From Alphaproteobacteria bacterium (GTDB lineage Bacteria > Pseudomonadota > Alphaproteobacteria > Rs-D84): 32,000 bases of DNA. This document shows positions 26,079 to 32,000 of the stretch, piece after piece (position 1 is the first letter of the stretch; each line of letters opens with the position of its first letter). The position numbers and the translations under genes were made by a program. The DNA lies in assembly GCA_017475605.1 (NCBI GenBank), contig JAFVFD010000005.1:270001-302000 (forward strand). Direction: 5' to 3'. The notes beneath the pieces were generated by a model, which saw only the letters and a list, made by a program, of their open reading frames with translations, was not told the DNA's origin and searched no databases.

Positions 26079-26100
26079 AAAAAAACGGCGACAAATCGCC
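26079..26100 (-). terminator. Terminator after tRNA-Thr
   Basis: Minus strand: GGCGA-tttg-TCGCC-gttttttttt, about 20 nt after the tRNA 3' end. Confidence 0.65.
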
Positions 26101-26121
26101 AACAAAATAACGATGCTTTTG

Positions 26122-26195
26122 TGGTGCCCTAAGCAAGAATCGGACTTGCGACTCGTCCTTACCAAGGACGTGTTTTACCACTAGACTATTAGGGC
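26122..26195 (-). tRNA. tRNA-Thr (GGU), CCA encoded, atypical T-loop
   Basis: Minus strand: GCCCTAA TA GTCT AGTGGTA AAAC A CGTCC TTGGTAA GGACG AGTC GCAAG TCCGATT CTTGC TTAGGGC A CCA. It has a 4-nt variable loop, T-loop UCCGAUU (C at position 55) and one C:A mismatch in the D stem. Confidence 0.75.
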
Positions 26196-26206
26196 AACGC
26201 CTGCGC

Positions 26207-26235
26207 ATTATAACCCGCACTTTTTAAATAATCAA
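26207..26235 (-). promoter_or_regulatory. Promoter of tRNA-Thr
   Basis: Minus strand: TTGATT, 17 nt, TATAAT, ending 11 nt before the tRNA 5' end. Confidence 0.6.
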
Positions 26236-26242
26236 GCATTAT

Positions 26243-26287
26243 TCCCCTTTGCGTTGCGAAGGGGTGGATGCGCAGCGGACGGGGTGT
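26243..26287 (+). repeat. REP-like palindromic intergenic element, copy 2
   Basis: CCCCTTTGC-gtt-GCGAAGGGG followed by TGGATGCGCAGCGGACGGGG, just downstream of the tlyA stop. Confidence 0.6.
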
Positions 26288-27010
26288 TTATCTTACAAAG
26301 TGTGCCAAAAACTCTATATTCCCCGAACCGCCGGCAATTGGCGATTTTGTTAAACCCGCACGCCGAAACCCATGTGCCATAAATGCCGCCGAAACGTTGT
26401 CCACCGCCACGGCACGCACCGCATCATCACGAATTACACCGCGAAACCGCGCGGATATTTCGGGTCCGCACTCAAACTGGGGCTTGATAAGGCACACAAC
26501 ATCGCGCAACCGCGGTAATGTTGCCAATTTATCCAATATTTTTGTTACGGAAATAAACGACACATCAATCGTTGCAATATCAATATCCGTCAATAACGCA
26601 TCGTCCAAATCACGAAAATCGGTCTGTTCATGTAAATCGATTTGTGGGTGCCCCCGCAAAGATTTATGCATCTGGTCGGTGCCGGTATCAACCGCAACAA
26701 TGTACGCGACCCCTGCCCGCAACGCGACATCGCAAAAGCCCCCGGTGGACGATCCAATATCAATCATGCGCCGCCCGGTCATATCTATATGAAATGTTTT
26801 CAACGCGTGTTCCAACTTTAACCCACCGCGCGAAACATATGGCATAACCGCCGTATCACACACAGAAATCAAATCGACATTTTCCACATCAAAACTGGGT
26901 TTCGTAACCGCCACACCATCATAAAGCACCGCGCCAGCCCGCACAGCATTTGCGGCACGATTACGCGATTCAAACATTCCATTTTCAACCAATGCGACAT
27001 CTATTCTCAT
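26288..27010 (-). CDS. tlyA: TlyA-family rRNA (cytidine-2'-O)-methyltransferase
   Basis: S4-like N-terminus MRIDVALVENGMFESRNRAANAVRAGAVLYDG, then the FtsJ-type SAM motif IDIGSSTGGFCDVAL. ATG at 27010. Confidence 0.85.
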   Translation of the reverse strand: MRIDVALVENGMFESRNRAANAVRAGAVLYDGVAVTKPSFDVENVDLISVCDTAVMPYVSRGGLKLEHALKTFHIDMTGRRMIDIGSSTGGFCDVALRAGVAYIVAVDTGTDQMHKSLRGHPQIDLHEQTDFRDLDDALLTDIDIATIDVSFISVTKILDKLATLPRLRDVVCLIKPQFECGPEISARFRGVIRDDAVRAVAVDNVSAAFMAHGFRRAGLTKSPIAGGSGNIEFLAHFVR

Positions 27011-27045
27011 ACCGCAATTTTGCCACAAAGCCCCGCCAAGTCAAT

Positions 27046-27075
27046 AAAAAACACCGGCCTTTGCCGGTGTTTTTT
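27046..27075. terminator. Terminator after the 206-aa gene (ACACCGGC family)
   Basis: aaaaa-ACACCGGC-cttt-GCCGGTGT-ttttt. Confidence 0.8.
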
Positions 27076-27081
27076 ATAATC

Positions 27082-27702
27082 TTATTCAATACAGCAATTA
27101 ACCTTGTTCTTAACCCAGTCGCCCAGGCGTTTTACTGTCGATTTATTTTTGCCAGAATCGATATCACATGCCGCATCGCTTTTAACATTTGCTTTCTTTT
27201 CAGATTTGGCATCTGTCTTTTTTACCAAAACAGCATCATAAAATTCTGGTATTTGTTCACGAACACCGCCCAAATCAATAAGGTGCATATTCAACCCCCA
27301 GAACAATGAATACAAATCATACGATTTCGCAAAAAGGTTGTATGCGTCTTCTTTGTTGCCTGCACCCATGGCCTTGGTTCCAACCTCCATCAAACGCATA
27401 GATGCCGCCAACAAATGTTTAGAAATGCACCATACTTCGCCACCTTCGGCCGATGACTTATCAACAATGCGTGTCATCAATTCCTTGCGCATTTCGCGAA
27501 CAGTGTTGATTAAATCATAGAAACCGGTTTTGCCTGTTTTTGCACCACTGAAAAAGAAATGTTCTTCTAATGAAATCAAGTTCATCAAACCAATTGACAA
27601 GTCCTGGTCAGATGACAAATCAAGTGGGTTCACCTTTTTCGCCGCATCAATTTCGGCAATCATTTCTTCCATAGATAATTTTTTTGCTTCTTTTTTTGCC
27701 AT
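27082..27702 (-). CDS. Conserved hypothetical cytoplasmic protein (206 aa)
   Basis: Monocistronic, bounded by terminators on both sides. Core sequence DLSIGLMNLISLEEHFFFSGAKTG...EVWCISKHLLAASMRLMEVG. The tail is Lys-rich and ends in CC. I can name no family. Confidence 0.6.
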   Translation of the reverse strand: MAKKEAKKLSMEEMIAEIDAAKKVNPLDLSSDQDLSIGLMNLISLEEHFFFSGAKTGKTGFYDLINTVREMRKELMTRIVDKSSAEGGEVWCISKHLLAASMRLMEVGTKAMGAGNKEDAYNLFAKSYDLYSLFWGLNMHLIDLGGVREQIPEFYDAVLVKKTDAKSEKKANVKSDAACDIDSGKNKSTVKRLGDWVKNKVNCCIE

Positions 27703-27783
27703 TTTCTATCTCTTTTATTATTACTTAAAGTATAGTTATCATAGCGAATCAAAACCCCTAAATCAATATGTATTTACACCCAG

Positions 27784-27812
27784 AAAAAAGCCGGCATTCA
27801 CCGGCTTTTTTC
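27784..27812 (-). terminator. Terminator of the flavodoxin-TetR-cyclophilin-like-DUF362 operon
   Basis: Minus strand: AAGCCGG-tgaatg-CCGGCTT-ttttct, directly after the DUF362 stop. Confidence 0.75.
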
Positions 27813-28766
27813 TTACTTTTTATCTAAATCAACCAGTTTATATTTTCGGGTTCCGACCCCGATTTTTTCCGCCGATTCCAGTATATGTAATCCATTTCGA
27901 TCGGCAATTCGTTCCATTAACTTTTCATTACCATCCGCCGTTGACACCATGTCAATACCAGCCTGGTCAATGGCAACGGGGTCGGTTGACACCAAAATAC
28001 CAATATCATGAATATCTGGTTCCGCCGGGTTACCATCACAATCGCAATCAATGCTTATACGATTAAGCACATTTATAAACACAATGTTGTCGCGACCGAC
28101 ATGGTCCATAATAGCCTTGTCTGCATCGGCCATAGATTCTAAAAATGCGGTCTGTTCACCACCCCACATTGAATCGCGCGATGTGCCACCACTGTGTATC
28201 CATTTCTTACCGGTCGAACTGGCAAAGCCAATTGAAATATTTTTCAACGCGCCACCGAATCCAGCCATCGCATGCCCCTTGAAATGCGACAAAACTATGA
28301 ATGACCCATAGTCATCGAAATGCGAACCAACATAATTTTCAGACAAAACATTTCCGCCATTAACCCGCAATGTTAAATCGCCATCTTCATCCATAATATC
28401 AACCGGCGCAACATCTAAAAATCCGCGTTCGCGTATCGCCGCCCAGTGTGATTCAGAATCACTGCGGTTGCCACCATACGCGGTATTACATTCAACAATC
28501 GTGCCGTCAACTTTGGCCACCAGGTCTTTTATCAGTTCCGGCCGCAAATAATTACTTTTGCTGGATTCACCTGTACTCATTTTAATTCCAACCTTGCCAT
28601 GTGGTGTCCAACCCAATGCCTCGTACGCACGTACCAGACCGGCCGGTGATATATCACGCGTGAAATAAACTGTTGGCACATCGGACGCGGAATCACCACA
28701 TGCGGCCAATGTTACCGCTGACACCGCCGCCGCAAAATATTTTATATATTTATTCATTTGTTTCAC
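27813..28766 (-). CDS. DUF362-domain lipoprotein
   Basis: Lipobox VTLAAC/GDS. DUF362-like core KVGIKMSTGE...NYLRPELIKDLVAKVDGTIVECNTAYGGNR and the C-terminal CDCDG motif. The start overlaps the upstream gene. Confidence 0.65.
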   Translation of the reverse strand: MKQMNKYIKYFAAAVSAVTLAACGDSASDVPTVYFTRDISPAGLVRAYEALGWTPHGKVGIKMSTGESSKSNYLRPELIKDLVAKVDGTIVECNTAYGGNRSDSESHWAAIRERGFLDVAPVDIMDEDGDLTLRVNGGNVLSENYVGSHFDDYGSFIVLSHFKGHAMAGFGGALKNISIGFASSTGKKWIHSGGTSRDSMWGGEQTAFLESMADADKAIMDHVGRDNIVFINVLNRISIDCDCDGNPAEPDIHDIGILVSTDPVAIDQAGIDMVSTADGNEKLMERIADRNGLHILESAEKIGVGTRKYKLVDLDKK

Positions 28767-29175
28767 CCTTGGTTATTTTTATTTCGATATTATCATCGGC
28801 ATTCTTTAAAACATCGCAAATTGATTTATCAGAAAATTCGCCAACATGTACCGAAACATACGGCGCAATATTGGTATCAGCATAATTTATAACAAACGCA
28901 TTTCCCGGTGCCCAATAATAAATATGCCCGGCAATTAAATTCGGCGTTTGTTCATTATGCTCGTATGGTTCAAAATCAAGCCGCGTTGTATATTCATGTC
29001 CGGCATATTTTTCCAGCGATATTGTATCTGCTATATTTTCAAAAATATCCTTTGCCGTTTTATTGTCGTCTAACAATATTTCATATTCATGATTATCAAT
29101 ATATATTTTCATAACATTTGCCATCGCAGTTGTCCCAAATAAAGTCATTAAAATTGCAACAAATGCTTTTTTCAT
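28750..29175 (-). CDS. Exported cyclophilin-like-fold protein
   Basis: Signal peptide MKKAFVAILMTLFGTTAMA. The sequence MKIYIDNHEYEILLDDNKTAKDIFE...GHIYYWAPGNAFVINY is typical of the cyclophilin-like family often found beside flavodoxins. The ATGA start overlaps the TetR stop. Confidence 0.6.
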   Translation of the reverse strand: MKKAFVAILMTLFGTTAMANVMKIYIDNHEYEILLDDNKTAKDIFENIADTISLEKYAGHEYTTRLDFEPYEHNEQTPNLIAGHIYYWAPGNAFVINYADTNIAPYVSVHVGEFSDKSICDVLKNADDNIEIKITKGETNE

Positions 29176-29789
29176 TTCTTTTTCGTCCGCGGTAAATATG
29201 GTTCCAACATGGGCTTTAATTGTAATTCACAAAAACGCGCCGTCCAATCAAGTGGTTCAAATGCACCATCTGACATACACCAGCCAGTCATCATACCATA
29301 AAGTTCCGACATAATAATATATGCGATTGCACCGATTGGGGTACGTTTGCTTAATTCACCATTTTTAACCGCGGTCTGTAAAATTCGTATAAGTGTCCGC
29401 GTATCAAAAAGCCATTTTTGCGAATCACGATTTGTTGGTGTCGTTGTTGGATTTATAACATCGCGTATCCATTCCCGACAAATATTTATATCATACCGTT
29501 CTATTTCACGCATAAACGCATCAAAATAGTTCGTCAGTTTTTTCACAATATCGCGCGACTTATCTTCATAGAAATTTTTTTCTAAATCAGCATATGCATC
29601 GCGGCATATTTCGAAAACAATATCTTCCTTGCGGTCAAAATATGTATAGAAAGTTCCCTTGGCCACACCGGCGGCGGCGGTTATGTTTTCCACAGTCAGA
29701 TTTTCCAAGCCGTATTTTTTAATAAGTTTCAGCCCGGTTTTTAATAACTTTTCTTTTGTTTCCAATGCCGCCCGTTCACGATTTGTCAT
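29172..29789 (-). CDS. TetR/AcrR-family transcriptional regulator
   Basis: HTH KLIKKYGLENLTVENITAAAGVAKGTFYTYF. ATG at 29789 overlaps the flavodoxin stop as ATGA. An alternative ATG lies at 29810. Confidence 0.85.
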   Translation of the reverse strand: MTNRERAALETKEKLLKTGLKLIKKYGLENLTVENITAAAGVAKGTFYTYFDRKEDIVFEICRDAYADLEKNFYEDKSRDIVKKLTNYFDAFMREIERYDINICREWIRDVINPTTTPTNRDSQKWLFDTRTLIRILQTAVKNGELSKRTPIGAIAYIIMSELYGMMTGWCMSDGAFEPLDWTARFCELQLKPMLEPYLPRTKKK

Positions 29790-30301
29790 TTTGCTTCCTT
29801 TTCTATCCATTTTTCAATATCGCTGCGCGCCGCGGCAACATTTGACCCATGAATCGCCAAACCCGGTTTTACATTCGCCCCCGCGCACACACGTCGCATA
29901 TCAGACATTATATTCCCCAGGCCCGAACCTTCATGTGTAGAAAACGGCAAAACCGTCTTACCCGCCCAATCAATTTGTTCCAATACACTGAACATTGGCA
30001 TCGGGTATGTTCCCCACCAAATCGGCCCACCGACAAAGATTGTGTCATATTGCGAAAGATTGCCCGGCATTTCACTGACCGCCGGTCGTGCATTTGAATT
30101 AAGTTCATCCTTGGCAACTTCGGTACATTTCATATAGTCCGCCGGGTATTCCGCCACCGATTTTACCTCAAACAAATCAGCACCCATAATTTCATGAATA
30201 TACCCCGCCGCAATCGCGGTATTACCACATGGTAAATCAACAATCGAACCATTGGAATAATTTTGACCGGTGCGCGAAAAATATAAAACAATTGCTTTCA
30301 T
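29786..30301 (-). CDS. Flavodoxin-family protein
   Basis: MKAIVLYFSRTGQNY...YDTIFVGGPIWWGTYP...FSTHEGSGLG, a flavodoxin_4-type FMN-binding pattern. Confidence 0.8.
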   Translation of the reverse strand: MKAIVLYFSRTGQNYSNGSIVDLPCGNTAIAAGYIHEIMGADLFEVKSVAEYPADYMKCTEVAKDELNSNARPAVSEMPGNLSQYDTIFVGGPIWWGTYPMPMFSVLEQIDWAGKTVLPFSTHEGSGLGNIMSDMRRVCAGANVKPGLAIHGSNVAAARSDIEKWIEKEAK

Positions 30302-30333
30302 TTTCGTCCCATTTTATTAAAACTTCGATTGCT

Positions 30334-30362
30334 ATTTTATACTTTAATTGACCCGCGGTCAA
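30334..30362 (-). promoter_or_regulatory. Operon promoter with an overlapping palindromic (probable TetR) operator
   Basis: Minus strand: TTGACC, 17 nt, TAAAAT. The perfect palindrome TTGACC-cgc-GGTCAA (30348-30362) covers the -35 and part of the spacer. Confidence 0.55.
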
Positions 30363-30404
30363 CGAAAAAATTATATAAAATTAACGGTAGAAAATCATAA
30401 AATC

Positions 30405-30665
30405 TTAATTTTGATTATTTTTCCACCGCTTAAGTGTTGGAAAAACTGTTTCACAATGATGCCGAAATTCAGATTCGGTCATACCCGCCTGCTTATAAAA
30501 CGGAACATTCATCTCGATATATTCACGCAAAGACACATCATCGACAAATTTACCGTCTTTATAGCAATAAATACAGTAATCATTATTCCGCGACCCGTCT
30601 TTTTCTGTTCCCAAAAGCGAATTATCGGTTATCGGCATACTGCAACTTTGGCATATTTTCGGCAT
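30405..30665 (-). CDS. Putative zinc-ribbon domain protein (86 aa)
   Basis: MPKICQSCSMPI...LGTEKDGSRNNDYCIYCYKDGKF is a CxxC...CxxC zinc-ribbon pattern. GGGGG RBS. Confidence 0.7.
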   Translation of the reverse strand: MPKICQSCSMPITDNSLLGTEKDGSRNNDYCIYCYKDGKFVDDVSLREYIEMNVPFYKQAGMTESEFRHHCETVFPTLKRWKNNQN

Positions 30666-30715
30666 TTTACCCCCTTTTTATATATAAATTATACCATATT
30701 TTCCCGGTAAAAACA

Positions 30716-30740
30716 CAAAAAAAGCCGGCAAATACCGGTA
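30716..30740 (-). terminator. Second (backup) terminator downstream of tRNA-CAU
   Basis: Minus strand: ACCGG-tatttg-CCGGC-ttttttt. Confidence 0.5.
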
Positions 30741-30772
30741 TTTTGTATTCGGTGGTTCTGCGTCCCTGTACC

Positions 30773-30799
30773 AAAAATAAAAATCGGCATAACACCGAT
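30773..30799 (-). terminator. Terminator of tRNA-CAU
   Basis: Minus strand: ATCGG-tgttatg-CCGAT-ttttatttttgg, 8 nt after the tRNA 3' end. Confidence 0.65.
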
Positions 30800-30807
30800 T
30801 TAATTTT

Positions 30808-30884
30808 TGGTAGCGGGAGAGGGACTTGAACCCCCGACACGCGGATTATGATTCCGCTGCTCTAACCAGCTGAGCTATCCCGCC
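30808..30884 (-). tRNA. tRNA with CAU anticodon (elongator Met or lysidine-modified Ile2; not resolvable by eye)
   Basis: Minus strand: GGCGGGA TA GCTC AGCTGGTTA GAGC A GCGGA ATCATAA TCCGC GTGTC GGGGG TTCAAGT CCCTC TCCCGCT A CCA. The G1:U72 pair argues against an initiator tRNA. Confidence 0.85.
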
Positions 30885-30894
30885 AATGCACCGC

Positions 30895-30922
30895 ATTATA
30901 ACAAACATTTTTCACTTTGCAA
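30895..30922 (-). promoter_or_regulatory. Promoter of tRNA-CAU
   Basis: Minus strand: TTGCAA, 16 nt, TATAAT, ending 10 nt before the tRNA 5' end. Confidence 0.55.
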
Positions 30923-30980
30923 GATATTTGAATAAAACCGCTTGCGTTAAATTATTAAAAAGTATAATATTTTTCGCGTC

Positions 30981-31538
30981 ATGAAAAAAATTACTACATT
31001 TTTAATCGCTTTGTCCTGCATTTCTGCGGCAAATGCTGAATTCAACCCTTTTATGGGCGAAGCAGAAAACCAAATTGCCTTCTATATTGGCCAGGGTGTA
31101 GATAACGGCTATATTGTCCCATTACCATACCACCCGGTTCCTTTTTATATTGCGCAATTTCAGTATTCACAACCAACAACCTTTTTCAAAATGCCTGCGC
31201 GTCAGTCATTAAATGTGGCGGAAACGTTGGGGTTGGGTAAAAAATATGGTTGGGATTGGACCGACTTTACAATTCCGCTTGTACTGGGTTCGGGTGATGT
31301 TGCGTTGTTTTACGGCGACAACTGGTACACAGGTGTCGGTGCCGGTGTCGGATTACAGGCCCAACAAAATGAACGTCTTGGGGCGAAACTGTTGTTCGAA
31401 TTCAAATTATTTTATGGGTACCGCATAAATGAAGAATGGGGTATTGAACTTTACGCACAACATTTTTCAAACGCAAATACAGCCGAAGAAAACCATTCAT
31501 ATGCGTTTTTTGGTATTGGTGTGAATCACAATTTTTAA
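30981..31538 (+). CDS. PagL-like acyloxyacyl hydrolase / lipid A deacylase family outer-membrane protein
   Basis: Signal peptide MKKITTFLIALSCISAANA, a Gly/aromatic-rich beta-barrel body, the HFSNA catalytic-type motif near the C-terminus and a terminal aromatic residue (..GVNHNF). Confidence 0.6.
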   Translation: MKKITTFLIALSCISAANAEFNPFMGEAENQIAFYIGQGVDNGYIVPLPYHPVPFYIAQFQYSQPTTFFKMPARQSLNVAETLGLGKKYGWDWTDFTIPLVLGSGDVALFYGDNWYTGVGAGVGLQAQQNERLGAKLLFEFKLFYGYRINEEWGIELYAQHFSNANTAEENHSYAFFGIGVNHNF

Positions 31539-31540
31539 TG

Positions 31541-32000
31541 CTACCAGTCAATTGGTTCCTTGCCATGTGCGACCAGATATTCATTTGCACGACTAAAATG
31601 ATGATTACCAAAGAATCCATTATACGCAGATAACGGTGATGGATGCGCACTTTTCAGTACAAGGTTTTTGTCCGCATCTACAAATTGTGCTTTTTTCTGG
31701 GCATATGATCCCCATAACATATAAACAATACCATCGTGTTTACTGCATTCGCGAATCACCGCATCTGTAAATTGTTCCCAGCCCCGCCCCGCATGTGATG
31801 CCGCCGCGTGCGCCCGCACAGTCAATGTCGCATTAAGCAGTAATACCCCCTGATGCGCCCAATATGTTAAATCGCCATTTGTTTTTGATGGCCGCCCCAA
31901 ATCAGATTCGATCTCTTTATAAATATTTTTTAACGATGGCGGTACCGGTGTTGGTGGCAGGACAGAAAAACAAAGCCCATGCGCCTGGCCTGGTTCATGG
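31541..32000 (-). CDS. ung: Uracil-DNA glycosylase, family 1 (C-terminal two thirds; N-terminus beyond the window)
   Basis: The reading frame stays open to position 32000: HEPGQAHGLCFSVLPPTPVPPSLKNIYKEIESDLGRP...QGVLLLNATLTV...HPSPLSA. The track ORF start at 31900 is an internal TTG. Confidence 0.9.
   Translation of the reverse strand, partial: HEPGQAHGLCFSVLPPTPVPPSLKNIYKEIESDLGRPSKTNGDLTYWAHQGVLLLNATLTVRAHAAASHAGRGWEQFTDAVIRECSKHDGIVYMLWGSYAQKKAQFVDADKNLVLKSAHPSPLSAYNGFFGNHHFSRANEYLVAHGKEPIDW

Noticed and set aside
26268-26792. 174-aa + strand ORF
   Set aside because: It is antisense to tlyA, whose S4 and SAM-methyltransferase motifs are unambiguous.
1234-27028. Long N-terminal extensions in the ORF track (engB 1234, xth 5328, PNP-fold 7685, 107-aa gene 15470, uvrB 20811, asmA-family 20798, tlyA 27028)
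   Set aside because: The extensions start at TTG/GTG or at upstream ATG codons lacking an RBS, and they overlap neighbouring genes or promoters. They also add sequence not matching the known family N-termini. Internal ATG starts with SD-like sequences were preferred.
27530-28066. 178-aa + strand ORF
   Set aside because: It runs antisense through the 206-aa gene start, a terminator and the DUF362 gene end. It has no RBS and its composition is Phe/Tyr/Pro-rich and implausible.
1-32000. CRISPR arrays, rRNA, tmRNA/SRP/RNase P RNA, IS elements, integrases and prophage genes
   Set aside because: I looked for tandem direct repeats with spacers, transposase or integrase-like ORFs and the conserved cores of the common structured RNAs in all intergenic regions over 100 nt. 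None was recognisable.

Overview
This is a chromosomal window from a diderm bacterium. The gene set looks alphaproteobacteria-like: a divergent rsmI / LpoA-like pair, addB, lolCD, an AsmA-family gene, a PagL-like gene and ftsQ-ftsA. I can support about 33 protein genes, 4 tRNAs (Tyr-GUA, Gly-UCC, Thr-GGU, CAU), many clean intrinsic terminators and several near-consensus sigma70-type promoters. Most of the window is housekeeping: rsmI, engB, addB, xth, an acyl-CoA synthetase, lolCD, ftsQ, tsaE, uvrB, aspS, tlyA and ung. Six things deserve a second look. (1) A ~3.1-kb AT-rich accessory islet (about 6.9-10.0 kb) abuts the tRNA-Gly/tRNA-Tyr operon. It carries a minimal PNP/MTAN-fold nucleosidase, a DUF805 membrane protein, an orphan zinc-ribbon-HEPN protein and a 37-aa WSWWW peptide cassette. 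It is the best candidate for an undescribed defence or toxin module, although no integrase or partner genes are visible. (2) A T-box leader sits in front of aspS with a GAC specifier and a UGGC bulge. It has no terminator and probably sequesters the SD. (3) ftsA is fused in frame to a ribulose-phosphate 3-epimerase domain. (4) A six-gene envelope cluster places a secretin-like lipoprotein directly upstream of lolC-lolD (10-nt gap) and follows them with two exported proteins that share Cys...Cys modules. (5) The palindrome ACACCGGC-N4-GCCGGTGT recurs as a terminator, and a 45-nt REP-like element occurs twice. (6) A translationally coupled flavodoxin-TetR-cyclophilin-like-DUF362 operon has a palindromic operator over its -35. 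No CRISPR array, rRNA, transposase or integrase was seen. All calls come from reading the sequence and ORF track by eye; no searches were run.
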